Shown one piece after another: positions 26,270 to 39,387 of a DNA stretch of 64,000 nucleotides (position 1 is its first letter; each line of letters starts with the position of its first letter). Source of the stretch: Camelus ferus. Taxonomy: Eukaryota. The notes under the pieces were generated by a model, which worked only from the letters and a program-made list of their open reading frames with translations, ran no database searches and had not been told where the DNA came from. The stretch lies in the NCBI RefSeq assembly GCF_009834535.1, contig NC_045707.1, positions 58,468,001 through 58,532,000 on the forward strand, written 5' to 3'. The position numbers were made by a program, and so were the translations under genes.

Positions 26270-27665
26270 TTTCTACCACCCTCTTCTCTAGATAGAGCCA
26301 CTCCCCTGTGCTCCTTTTCACAGCCAAACCTCTTTTGGGACAGACTGTAATCACTGTCCCTATTTACTCATGATCCACTGCTTTCTCTGTTTTATTGAAA
26401 TGGCTCCTGTTAAGGTTTCAAACGACCTCCACCTGAGTAAGCCACAGATGTTTTCCAGCTTTCATGAACCCAAACTCTCAGCAGAATTTGTTGACTCCCT
26501 CTTTCTTCCTTTGATTCTGTAGTATGATGCTTCCTTGATTTATCTGCCTCTCTGGCTGCTGATTCCTCGTCTCCCTTCTCAAGGTTTAGTCCAAGTCCAT
26601 TTCTTTTCTTAAGCTGGTGTTATCCCAGTCTGTGGCTTTAGTTACCATCTAGAAGGGATTCCCAAGATTGTTTCTTCAGTTTAGATCTTTTATCTGGACT
26701 CTAGACCCATAAATCCGCTGCCTACTTGTCATTTCCACATTAGAATATTTCATCCAGATCTTCGTCTCAAATGCCAAAAACTGAATTTTATGATCTTTCT
26801 CATAAACTTGGCTCACTCTATTTCAGTATTGGTAACAGCCTCCAAATAGTTGCTCAAGACAGAAGACTGGGCATTACCATTGACTGTTGACTTTAGAGTT
26901 CTGATTTTATCTGTTAGACATCTCTTAGGTAGGTTCACTTGTTTCCACCCCTTCCCAGTAAAACTTTAATATCCCAATATCAGAATATTTACCCTCTACT
27001 CTGACAGTCTGTCATCTAGGTTAGTCTAGTCGTCTCTCAGTTGTTCTCCTTAAACTGACTGCTGCAATATGGTGGGCAGGGTCACCTTTTAAATAACAAG
27101 TCTGCTTAAAATCCTCAAGTAGGTCTACTGTCTCTCCTGGGATAAAGACCCACAGCTTTAGTATCAGTTATAATATCCTTCATGGTATGGTTCCTGCTTA
27201 CTCCTCAGTCTCCTCTCCATCCACTTTCCCCCTCGGTGTTCCAACCCCATCAAGCTTCTTTACATCATTGAATAAGTCATGTTAATTGCACTGTGTTGTC
27301 TTGTAAATTGTTCTTTTGCCTGACACATTCTGTCCTCTTGTTATTCTCCCTTTAACTTACCTACTTTTTACTCATCGTTCAGACCTGATCTAAAATTTTG
27401 TTTATTTAGAGAAGCCTTACCTGACTCTCCAAGTAAAGCCTTTCTCCAAAATTCTTTAGTAGTTCCTTATATTTTTCTTTTGAAATACTGACTGTAGTTA
27501 TCAGGTATTGGAATCACGCACAGTAATTATGTACAGTAATCCTGTGTTGATTTGTGTGGTTGTGGGATTGTATCTCACTTACATGAACTTGGCCATCTTT
27601 ATATGGTATCCTTTTAACTATGTGTGGTGCCTGGCACATTGGACATGATTAGTACATATTCATTG
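26270..27665 (+). mobile_element. L2 LINE, long 3' fragment
   Basis: Pyrimidine-rich L2 motifs (tgaaatggctcctgttaagg..aacgacctcc, ctctcagcagaatttg, ctgcctacttg.catttccac) and terminal gtgcctggcaca. Confidence 0.75.
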
Positions 27666-27699
27666 GCACAGAATGCATATATGTTTATGGGATGTTCAG

Positions 27700-28094
27700 C
27701 TCTAGCAGAGAATACCAGCTATTTGTCAAAATCCATCCTCTTCTTCCTAGACACACAGCTAGACTACATTTCTCAGCCCTCCTTGTAGCTGGGTGAGGTC
27801 TTGTGATTGGATTCTGGCAAGTGGAATGTGAACAGAAGTGGTGTGGACCTCCACGACAACTACCTATGAACTCTGTTCTCTCCTATGACTGTGACAGTGA
27901 CCTTGGAACCTGGATGCTGAAGATAGCAGAGTTTCAATGAGCCAGGATCCTCAAATGGTTCAGTAAAAGAGCCCTACCTGCCAATATGGAACTGCCGTGT
28001 GCTATTGATTGAGCAAGAAATAAATGTCTTTTGCTGAACCATTACATATTTGGGTCAATTTCTTACTGTAGCCTAGACTGACATAATTAATACA
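27700..28094 (+). mobile_element. Old MaLR solo LTR (MLT1J-like)
   Basis: Motifs cagctagactacatttctcagccctccttg, ttctggc..gtggaatgtgaacagaagtg and gagcaagaaataaa, ending taataca. Confidence 0.75.
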
Positions 28095-28597
28095 AATTAA
28101 TGCATTCTAAACAATATTTTCAAAAGTGTGATTAGTGATCCCTTACACTTTTCATAGAAAATGAGCAATGTTTGTACTTCATTAATTCAGTTTGCCAAAC
28201 ACTTACTTGGTTTTTTCAGTATGTCAGTCATGTTTCGAGGTACTAGGAAGAAAGGAGGATTAAAATTTGTTCTTGCACTTAGGAAACTTACTGTGTTGGG
28301 GAGAACAGGCATACAAAGAGAAGTTTACCATTAAGTGGTAAGTTCCATTTTAGAAATAAGTATTAGAAAGGACCATAATAGAGAAAGTAGAGAAATTTGT
28401 GGTTAATTTCATATATGAATTTTGAGTGGATGGGGAGGTGAATGTGGGCAGAATACAGACTGGAAAGTGAGTCCTAGAAATGTCCTTGTCAAAAGATTCT
28501 TCACGTCGTAGAGCGCTGTAGTCCCAAAATTCTGCCGTTTGTTACCTTTCCCTAAAACTTGATTTTTCTGAGTACTTGAAAATATTATGAAATGCTG

Positions 28598-28616
28598 TTT
28601 TGCCCCCTAGTGGATG
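28598..28616 (-). promoter_or_regulatory. CTCF core motif (CCACTAGGGGGCA)
   Basis: Plus strand tgccccctagtgg at 28601-28613 matches the CTCF consensus CCASYAGRKGGC on the minus strand. Binding is not shown. Confidence 0.6.
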
Positions 28617-28934
28617 ACATGGCAGTTCATCATGGGATTAAACTTAAGTTGACTGTTCCTTGGGTTATGGAAGATGTACGTAAGTGAGGTGGGCAGATCT
28701 CCGGAGATGGTGAAGACGCCCCCATAGCTTGGGACGCGGCTTTAATTAGAGGGCCTAAGTAGGAATCCAGGTAAATGACCAATTGTACGAGGACATGTGA
28801 AGAGGAAGGGAAAATAATGGAGAACAGCCTGTGGAAGGTATCTAAAGAGAAACCTTTACCAAGCTGCTTTGTCCCTTTAACATTCCCTCTCTGTTAACTA
28901 CATGTCCTTGATTTTCTGGGTCAGACCCAATTTT

Positions 28935-29049
28935 CATTCATTCATTCATTCACTGGAGTATAGTCAATTTACAATGAACGTTGTGCTAATTTCTGGTTAG
29001 AGCGTAGTGATTCATATATGTGTGTGTATATATATTCCTTTTCATATTC
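28935..29049 (-). mobile_element. Short 5'-truncated L1 3' end, same family as 4341-4570
   Basis: (ttca)n tail, then gtatagtcaatttacaatg...tttctgg. 14-bp TSD tcaga(c/t)ccaatttt at 28921-28934 and 29050-29063, one mismatch. Confidence 0.8.
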
Positions 29050-29499
29050 TCAGATCCAATTTTAAATATTCTATTTTCATGTCCTCCTGTGACTTTGAGG
29101 GCTCCTTCAAATAGTCATTTGGACTATGAGAACCAGTATTGTCTTCTTTAAAACAGAAGTGTGAATACTAAGTTAATTTTGAAATAGGGGCAACCTCTTT
29201 GTGTATACAAATGCAAATTTGACCTATGCAGTTACAGAGGAAGCCATTGTATAGAAATGTTGCGCCAGAAGGCATGAGTGGTGCTGGAGTATTCATGAAA
29301 AACAATGCCAGTTAGTGCTTGGAAGGTGTTGCTTGGCACTTTGAACTCGGAGAAGTGTCATCTCTAGTGACTGAGAGAAGCCCTTGAATGATGTATATCT
29401 AGTCTTCCCGGCAGAGCAGCATTAAATGTTCACTAATCATACTCGAAAACCGCTAAGACTTCGTGACCTTCTGTCACTCCACAGCTATGTTCACGGGTG

Positions 29500-32400
29500 C
29501 ATTGTAACTAACTTAAAAGGATATCCTGGGGTCACAGGGTCTTAACAGAACACAGAAGCCAAGATGCTGCTTTTATCCAAAGAACACTTTCCCCTTTTCA
29601 GTTCTGGGATGGTGACCAAGAAGAAATCCACAAGGAGCGGCAATACCACACAAGCAGGGGACACCACTGCCCCAGGAAGGTTTCCCTTTTCCTTCTCAGA
29701 GCCGGCTGGGTGAACGCTCTGCAGACCGAAGTTCTGCCACCAGCCACCTCCAGGGGGCGCTCCAAGCAAGTTCTTCCTGCACCATTAAACTAGTTAACGC
29801 ATACTTGCTTTTTCCTTCTGTGAGAGTTAACAGCAGAACCACCTGTGAGCCAAGAGGAGCTCAAAATCATAAGAGAACCAAAAAGAAGGCATTAAAAAGA
29901 GCAGGGTATACACTAGGCTAGTTTCACAGCAGCTGGCGAGGGGAGAAGGTTAGAGAAATCCGAGGGGCCAATCCCAGCTTTTCTACTTCACGCTTCAGCT
30001 TGACATTCGGTCTGTCCCCAGAAAATGGGAGACTTGAAAAAAGAGAGAAGACAGGAGAAAGTAACTGATAAATTGAGGTTGGAGAGGCATGGCAGTGGGA
30101 AGTAATAGAGAAAGGAACAGAGGAGAGAAAAGAAATTTGAGAAGGAGAATAAAGGGGAAAAACTAGTTTTTCTGTTTTATCTTCCCTTAGCAAGAGGGTG
30201 GGGAGGGGGAAGAGAGAAGATAAGGAAAATCAAACAACTCATGGACGGCAGAAAAAGCAGTAGGAGGATTTTGAGGGTCTTTTTTTGGTTGTGTGGGTTC
30301 CCTTCAAAAGGGATGAGAGCTGTTGCCTGGCAAGGGGCTCAGTGGCGGGACCCTCATTACTAGTTCAACTGGGAAGAACGCAGGAGACATACCTGCAGTA
30401 ATTCAAATCCACAGAAACAGTTTGATATGAACCTCAGATGACAGGGAGAATGGATGTATTTTGTACACTGTATCCGAAGGAAAAGTGCGAGGCACAGGGG
30501 TTATGTCCCCAAGCAAGCTAAGGCTAAAGACTGTTAGTTCTCTTCAGGATGGAAACGGGGGATACAGGTCACACGGCAGTTTCACTGAAAAACATACTAT
30601 GGTATGCTGAAGTTCCATTAACAGCAGCAAAGAGATTTGGCATTAAGATAGGGAAACAGAACAGGGAGAAACAGAAAGCCATCGAGAGGTACACAAACAC
30701 TCCACTTCCCACTTGCTATTAATCCAGAACAGAGAGGCATCCTGGCTGTTGTAGGAACAGCCAGCGGTGTCCTTGACAGGTGTGTCAACAAATCCTCTGA
30801 GCAGAAAATGCCCGGAGACAAGTCCTAAACAAGGGCAAGGCGGCATGAGGGGTTCAGCAAGAAGGGAAGGGTAAGTGTGTTGGGGTTGGTAGCCCCTAAA
30901 AAAGGTTGCAGTTGGGTACTTTTAGGGGAGATGCAGGAAATTATTGACTGAATGGAGGAAATTATTTTCAAGGTTACATGCTGTTTATAGTTCTTTGAAA
31001 ATGGATTTGAAGGTGCAGCAGTAATTTAGATAACCTAGTCAGAAAGAGGAAGAGCTAAGATAAAAATGCTGGGAGAAGATGGCTCTTACAGAAGAAGGAA
31101 AACCCTTACCCAAGAAGAGAAGCCTGTGTGTGAAGTCCATGGAAGAATAAAGAAAAAATGAGGAATAATGACTCCCCAGAGAAGCCAATGCAAGGAAAGT
31201 ACCCCCCCAACCCCGCCAAAAAAAAAAAAAGAAGACAAAAATATAACAGACTTTCTAAGGGATCTAAATTGCCAGAAAAAAAGTACAGGAGAGTCAGAGA
31301 CAAGAGAAGGGGTTAGATCACAGGAAAAATGGATAGTCAATTATATCTCAGTAAAACTGGGGGGGGGGGGGAAGCATATAATTTAAAATGACTTGGGGGT
31401 CTAAAATCCCAGGTATAGAGAAAGCATTGATTACTGTAGGACTATGTAATACAAAAGCAGAGTCTAGAGGCAGAATGAAATTTTGCAATAAAGTACAAGC
31501 ACTTTACAATAAAGAGGGAAGTGACCCTTCCTGAAGGGATTGGCTTGAGGGTTCTTGATACCACCAGTAGGGGAAGGCTACCACGAGAGTTGGGGAATGG
31601 ATTGTTGGAGAGGAAACACATGGAGTCCGACACGTGAGGGTGAATGTGTACAGGGGAAAGAAAGACCAACTTTGTGAATGTTCCTGGCTCTCAGAATCTC
31701 TATGAGCAAGAAGAATTAAGACAGCAGAAATGGGAGGAACCAGGTGAGACACAACCGCCCTTTTGACAGCCTCTTAGGAATTTTGCAAATTCAAAGGGTG
31801 ACCTATGAAGATGACATCAGATTAGAGGATAAAGGCCATGGACCTAAGAAGGAAAATGATAAAACTATTACATAAAGAAATATCAAAGGAGAGGCACACT
31901 TAGAAATGACACTACATGACAGCAAATTCATTTTGGGTTGCAGGAAACAGAACAAGAACCATTGCCTGTTCTTGACTGTACCATGTTCTGCTGTGTTTCC
32001 AAACCTCTGAACATCCTGCTGCTTTGCCTGGTATAACCTCCGTCCTTTTGCTTTACTACTGGACTCCTCTTCTTAGCTGTCATCTCCCAGCCATTCTCAT
32101 CAGAGGTGGGCTCTTCTCCCCTACTTGTGTTTCTCGGACACCTTTCCAAACTCTCAGCACAGTACTTGTAATATACTCCAGGTGTCTGTCCCCTATCTCC
32201 CTGTTTCATTAAACAAGGCTTGTGTTTTCATCAGGTTTACCTAACCAAGTGTCTGTCATATGTCTAAAAGCCAGTATCAGTTCCAGGTCATGACAGGCTG
32301 AGTCTTGCTGTAGGAAAGGGCTAGGATAGTGAAACGTGACAATTCTTTGTTTTTCTGCTATAGTAAGAAATTTGGAATCTGGGGGAAAATATGAAAAGCA

Positions 32401-33150
32401 ATATTATATGCACTATGATGTTAAAAAAAAATAGAACTGTCAGGCACGTAACTGAAAATAAAGTTTCTTGAGAGTTAAGATATCATTTGGATTTCTTACT
32501 AAAACCAAAGAGAATACGGAAGTAGGGTTTTGGGAATCAAGCTTCCCAGGAGAGTAGACACGCCAAGGACAATGAATAAAGGTCATTAGTGGAAAAGCTA
32601 GACAGGACCAAACTAAAAAAGAGGCAAAGAGAAAACAACCACAGTCACAGAGTAGGTTTTAAATATTATACATGGTAACACTGGGAATTTGGCTAGTTTG
32701 ATGGTTGGAGAGAAACTGTACCTAGATTTATATATAATAATGCAACTACATTTTCTAGTGAAGAACTAGTAAGACTAAAATGCAATCAAAGATGTAAAAG
32801 AGCTTGGAAATATTGAACCTGTAAATGAAACATATTAATATCATTTTCCTGCTAGTTTAATATCAGTAGAATAACCATCTTTAAATGGTTTCCACTACTT
32901 CTTCATTATCAGACATTGAGCAGCTGGCTCTTCTAAAGATGCAAAAGAACCCTCATTACTTGATGATATAATAGCTGAGGTGGAATATTTGAATTTCTGA
33001 ATGGGTATAAATCCCAATTACGACTATGGCCCTTTTAGTCATTTCCAGGGGAATTATAACCCTCTTTGGATGGAATGCTAGAAGAACTGGAAGGCTTCTT
33101 TACTTGAGATGAAGAAAAAAGTACCCGCTTTTGAACCATGTTGCATCTAC
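29500..33150 (+). mobile_element. Possible highly decayed LTR-retrotransposon relic (LTR-like region plus gag-pro remnants), interrupted by an L2-like piece near 32.0-32.25 kb
   Basis: Extended plus-strand purine skew, a degenerate CX2CX4HX4C-spaced motif at 32655-32696 and a degenerate protease-site motif at 32906-32931. Boundaries are guesses. Confidence 0.35.
29744..29762 (+). promoter_or_regulatory. CTCF core motif (CCTCCAGGGGGCGCT)
   Basis: One mismatch to CCACCAGGGGGCGCT, with an intact CpG. Binding is not shown. Confidence 0.6.
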
Positions 33151-35139
33151 TTGATGGTTTCAGTGTCACTGGGAAAATGATACAATCAGATTGTGGGTAA
33201 TGGAAACAGAGCCTTTCTCACGCACAACCCATTTAATTCAGTTTTCAGATACAGATGAAAGTACACAGGGCAGCAAACTACAGGCACATAGATCAAGAAC
33301 TGGAATTTAGATTTTCATCTTGGCTATATAGCTGACTTGAAGGAATGTGCTTAACTTCAGTTACCTCCTTCACAAAATAGATTACAGATCTCAGAGGTGG
33401 TAAGTCAGCACCTCTAACAACATCTACATTAACCTCAGTTCCTTAGTGAAGCGGTCCTATCTGCATATTACTTCTGTTTCAGGGTTTTTGACTTTTACTT
33501 CTTCAATGGTGATCTTCTGTTCTCATTCACTTTTGCTTAAAGGTTATGCAGCTAATTAGTGCGTTTCTCGTGTAGGTCTTAAACGCGTTGTGTGTTGTGG
33601 CAGACTTAACAGGAGAAGTCAAGATCATCTCTAAGTATTATTTGGAATTCAATTTGCCAAGAGTTCACAAACTGTTCATTTTGCGGAAATAATTTAGCTT
33701 CCACCTGGTTTGCCTCGGGGAAAGTTCACTGGTGTTCATGGTTAAGAAAATCAGAACATCATTAGAGAGTTCAGTGGTCCCTTGCATGGAAATGTGGATG
33801 TCATGAAATACACAGTGCAAGAGGAGAGTTTATCTGCAGATGAGCATGGGGGAAATCCAAACAGAAGTTCTTCTCTTCAGACAAAGCAGACAGGCATGCC
33901 TTCTTTCCTTCGTCCTGCCTATATTCAGACTGACAGCTGGAATGACCCTGCTGACATGCCAGGGGTTTTTTAGCTACGTAAAGTACACTGCAGATTGTTA
34001 TGAGAAATGACGACTAAAAGAATTTTTTAAAACATATAATGCAACTGTAACTCAAGGCATTTTAAACTACAATAATTTTCCTCTTTAGTTGTAATGGCAT
34101 TCAGTTTTCGACTTTAGAACATCATATTTTTAATGAGGGAAACTTAGCTTCTAGAAAATGTGAATGAAAAACGGACCCATAAAGTTCTGGTCAGTTTCAT
34201 CAGATTTTTATCATCTTACTAGGATTTAGTTTTGATCGTTGGTTTTTCAGCTATGATTTTATTTTGTGATATCCTGTTCATGGTGATCAATATAAAAATT
34301 TTTTAAAAAGAACTTTTTCACATCTGCAATCCCATAAAAGCATGTTTGCCAACACTGTGCCTTCAGGTGGTTTACAGATTGCCATGGAAATCTATCTCAG
34401 AAAAGCAGTAACCATTATTGTTCAGTAAATTCTGCAAATTAAGAGCCTGAGGTAATCCTTACTGCCATTGCTTTAATGCACACCTGAGGCAAATAAGTGA
34501 AAATGACAAATTTTAAAAATCACCATACAAACTTCAGATGACCCCCCAAAATCTTTCAACTCAGAGAAAGAATGGGTGAGATCTAAGGGGCATTATTTTG
34601 AATCTGAAGCTGAAAAGAATATGTATAATACTGTGTTATCTAAAAAAAAGGCCTCAGGCAGTTGGAGTCCTTGAATATTTGAAAGTATTTGGCCAAAGGT
34701 GATGAATCATAGATGCATATGACTACTTTTTTAAGATAAGAAAGAAGAGTCTTACTGGGTTAAACTTATGGGGAAAAAACACACACAAAAAAAGTAAAGA
34801 AAAGGTGTATTATTTTAAAAGTTTACTTTCAAATATATCCAGAGTGAAGTAAAGGTGGGGAAATGACCCCAGGATGTCCCTTGTAGGTGACAAGGGTACA
34901 GGGTCAGGTGGGAAATCTTTCTGAAAGAAGCTGTTATTAGTAGAAATTAAGAATATTCATTTGTGTGTGAGGGTAAAATCGAACAGCTTACAGAGTTAAC
35001 CGGGGACGATTTTTCTTGGGGTCACTGAGAAACAGTTTCCTGTGCTTACAAATAAGGTACATCAAGAAAGGAAAATGGTTTGGAGGTTAAGTCTTTACTC
35101 CTGAAAGGTTTCTCAGAACTGATTTTAGAGATCGTTAGT

Positions 35140-35380
35140 GCCATGGTTAAGATGGCAGTTAGTCTGCTGAGTTCAAATTTTGACCTATTGCTTACTAGCT
35201 GTGTGATCTGGAAACATTCTTAATCTTGGGTGGGAATTTGCATCCTTACGAGTAGAATGGGGATGATGATAGAAAAGCTAAATCAAAGGACCGTTGTGAG
35301 GGTTAAAGAGTTAATACACCTGACGTGCTTACGGCGGATGTGTCCTTGGCATACGGGAAGTGCTCAATAAACGTTAGTCC
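35140..35380 (+). mobile_element. MIR SINE
   Basis: ctgagttcaaat..cttactagctgtgtgatctgg..gttgtgagggttaaagagttaatac..aagtgctcaataaacgttag. Confidence 0.72.
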
Positions 35381-36299
35381 TTGTTGATCTCGGGGGGTCT
35401 TTTACGGATACGCGTCTACGTGTTGGATCCTTCATAGAATTTATTCCCCATCCTCACAGGCATGGAATACAGGTTATCATTACCTCCATTTCAACAGACA
35501 GGTAGATGCTCAGCCCTGTGGAGTCACTTTGTTAAGGTGACATGGTTATTAGAACCCAGAACATAGTTGGTTAAGCACCAAAGTCCATGCTCTTTCCTCT
35601 GAGTGGTAAAACTTCTGAAATCTTAATTTTCTTTTTATATTGGGTTATTATTCAATAGTATTTAAGACTCAGTAAGATATTGTTAGCACAAGATGCTGAA
35701 CTGGGAAAGAAAAAATAAATCACATGGCAGCATTTCCCCAGTGTAAGTGTTCACAGCCAGATTCTTCGTCTCTCATATTATGCATCGTCTGTTAAGCAAT
35801 TGGTAATTGCTTTCATGTCTTCCTGAATGCACAAGAATCAGCAGGCTACAATTCCTGAACGATCGTCTCAAGGTCTTCCATGGATATCTACAGACTGTCA
35901 GGATGAAAAGGTTTCCCGGGGGAGCAGAAGCGGGTCCAAACACAAGCTCCCTGATTTTTCCTCACATTCCTGAGGTTGCCTGAGTTAAGCATATTGACTA
36001 AAAGGTGAGGTATTACACTACCTTGAGTCGGGAGGGATAATAAAATGTACTGTCCTCTCCTCAAAAGGATTGAGTGAGGTCAAATAAGAAAAAAGGTAGA
36101 AGGAAAAGCTCTCTGCAGAAGGGAGGATAAATAAATGAGAGAAAGGGATTATTTTAAAGCAGTGAATTAGAAAAATATTAAAGCAAGCCACCTCTGCACA
36201 CGTGGTAAGTGCAACTGCCTCTGTTCGCAGGTGGCCGGAGGTCAGTGATGTAGTGCAGGGACGGCTGTGGGCTGAAGCACCTGTCAGGCTGAAGCAGAA

Positions 36300-36520
36300 G
36301 GTCAGGTAGACCGAGATGGGAAACCCTGGTCTGCCACTTCGTAGCTAGTGACTTTGGGGAGGTGGTTTCATCTCCCCAAGACTCAGTTTCCTACTAGATA
36401 AAATGAGGATAATGATGTACTGATCTCAGCTGGTGGTTGTGGGGATCACATGGGCTGGGACACATCAAGTGCTTAGAACAATGCCCGGAACTTGGTAAGT
36501 GCGCGATGCTTGCTAGTCCC
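36300..36520 (+). mobile_element. MIR SINE
   Basis: tctgccactt..gtgactttggg..ctcagtttcc..taaaatgaggataat..aagtgcttagaacaatgcc. Confidence 0.7.
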
Positions 36521-39370
36521 TTTATGGACAGAAACGCTACTAAGAATAGTAATAAAAGAGTAAGGGTGACTTTTTTTTTCTTCTGCAAAATAATATTTGT
36601 GTGTATGCAAAATCCATCTTTGTGTGTATGACACCCTGCTCAGCTGGTGTCAGGAACAGTGCCTGGCCCATCACAGACACTTATATTTTTGTTGTATTAA
36701 TTAATGAAGGATGACGTCATGTGAATGTTGATATAGAGTTGTTCCTCTGAGTCAGCCCTCTTACGAGTTTGTTCTTGGACACCCAGGAGAGCCTGGGCCG
36801 TGGACAGCCAGGTGTGGGGCCCAGTGAGATGTCTACATGGAGATGTGCATCTCACTGCCTTGGGCCCCACCCAGCATCCTCCTTTGACAGTGAGCTCAGG
36901 GTCTCCTCACATGGTGGGTCTCTCCGGGTCGAAGTCCTACCACTAGCTCCTACCCTTGGGTGAAACATGATTTGGATTTTGTTCCTCACTTCACCCCTCA
37001 GTGGTCCTGAGCTTGGACCAGCTCGGGGACGAGCAGGTGGCAGTTGTGTTTTAGGACACCTGGCTGCGAACTGGGAGGAGGGGAAACGGAAATCGGGAAG
37101 TTGATGAGGAAGCCGGAAAATGTACTCACTTAAACTGCAAGAATGACGGTCATTTTCCTCATGTTCTATTCTTCAGAACATTTTCTCCTTGGGAGATCTT
37201 TTTTCTTGAAGAAAGGATATGGCTTTTGGCTTTATTTTTGAGCAATTTAGAAAAATACTGAGTGTTAAGGGGATGATAGAATCAGAAAAATTCAGCAGTG
37301 CAGTCGGATTGCGGGTCTTGTACTACTGAGAGCATTAAATACAATGTGGAAAGCATTTCCATGAAACAAGTTTGTGGTGAGGGAACAGGAGGGTGTTAAT
37401 TCGATCCTAAATGGAAATGAATTCTGTTTTAATCAACATGGCCAAAAGAGAACTAACTGTTTTTCCTTAAAATTAGTGCCTGTTTCTCTAATTTCATTGA
37501 TTGCCCTGTTGGCTCTGTTCACCAAGCTAGAGTTGGAATCCCTTTCAGTGGTTCTCAAGCCCTCACCCTACTATCTGATGGGAAACAAATTTCTGTACAT
37601 CTATTTCTTTAAGAACTCAAATTTGACTTTTAAAATCTTCACTGGCACGTGCTTTCGTGGACTCTGCCACATCCTCTTAGAAGGAGCAAGAGCATCTAAT
37701 TCATGTTCATACGGCCAAGGGATTCGCTTTCAAACCACAGAGCTGATAGGGCCACTGGCAGCTTGCATACCCTCCCAGCTCCCAGTTATGAGAATAAAAT
37801 GTCAACTCTCACATTCAAGGCCCTCAAGTATTACCCTGATTTATTTTTCTGGCTTGGCCTCAGACCCCCATCGTTCTACTCTCACACGCACTACATTCCA
37901 ACCAGATCTTGTCTTTCTCTAAATGTCTCAAATGCTCATTCTGCTTCCCCAGCTTGGACATCCTTATTCTTGACCTGTTGAATTCCTAATCATCCTTTAT
38001 AACCCCCTTCAAATTCACCTTCTGATCATCCCTTCAGAACTTGCCTCCAGACAGCAGCGTGTCTTCCTTAGCACCTGTGAACTCCTTGAGTGGGGAAAAA
38101 ACCCCCACATTTAATCCACCTGTATATCACTGGGGCCCATGACGGGTGGATCTGTTTGCTGCATTGAGGGATCAGATGGATGAAGACTCTTCCATCAAGG
38201 AGCCATTTCCTTTGCATACGGATTTTCATTTGAGACAGTTAAATGGAGAAGGTATAGAACATAGCTGCTTTTACAGGAGGTGTTCAGTGCATACAGTGGA
38301 TCAATGGCTGGAAAATGGGGGAGGGACTTTTCGGGTGGGGTCACCTGGAGCACAGGCTCAGACTGCCCTGAGTTACAATACAGACTTGGTAACTTAATGG
38401 TCTTATGACTTTGTGGGGTGGGGGGGGTCCTATTCCTTTTCCTTTATAAAATGGGGATAACTATACTTCCAACACTGTGTAGGGCATCTTTAGATATGAA
38501 GCAAAACGTACAGCCTGGAACACAGTGCTCTTAATTTTACTGAAATAAAGGAACTTTCATATACAAGTTTAGAAATTGGTGGTGTATCAATAGCACTCCT
38601 GAACAGACAGGGGAAAAAAAAAATCCGTGTTAACAGATGCATGAAAGAAATCTAGGGCTTTTTGCCACAGGATGTGGCCTAGGCTGAACTGTCAAGTTTA
38701 TAGTAACAGAAGGCACACAGCTGCCTTTAACTATTATATAGTTCCTCTTAAACTATTCAGTTTATACATAAACTATTATGTATTACATACAGCTATTATC
38801 ATGTCAACTTTGATGTGCTTCCTATCTTTGGTTGCCACTAAGGGAAAGCTTCAATTTCATAACTTGATTTCCAGTTGCAAGCGTTAACCTTCGAGCTCAG
38901 ACGTAAAAAGACACGATCTTACACCAGCCGCTTTGGTCATCTGATTCCCGAGTCATCTTAAGACATTTTCTTTCTAGGTTCGCCATGGAGGTTTTTGCTG
39001 TTCGCAGACAGCATATTTATCTGGGCCATTGGCAGGGTGTGTGTGTGGGAATCTGAAGAAGTCGCTGGAATGAACACAACCATTAGGACTTTAAGATGCC
39101 ACTCGACGGCCATCCATTTAAAGGCTATTACCAATCAGCTGCCTCTTGCAGGCAGAAGGAAAAAAAATAATCTGTGGGTTGGAGACACTTGAAATCAGAG
39201 ATGAGCAGGGAGACGCTCTCCCATTTCCAAACAGGGAGCCAGGATGTCAAACATTTTTAGTTTCTCTAAAGACAAAGCTCTCTCTTCTGGATTTTTTTTT
39301 TTTTAAAGGGCTGAATGAACTAAACCCTTCCTGCCCCCATGTTTGCGTAATAATATCCCGCATGTCTCTG

Positions 39371-39387
39371 CCCCCCCCCCCCCCCCC
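39371..39387. repeat. C17 homopolymer (G17 in the SYT1 pre-mRNA)
   Basis: Directly visible. Confidence 0.9.

Noticed and set aside
37374..37922. Longest ORF in the track (182 aa)
   Set aside because: GTG start, overlaps L2-like pyrimidine-rich sequence, no recognisable domain or splice support.
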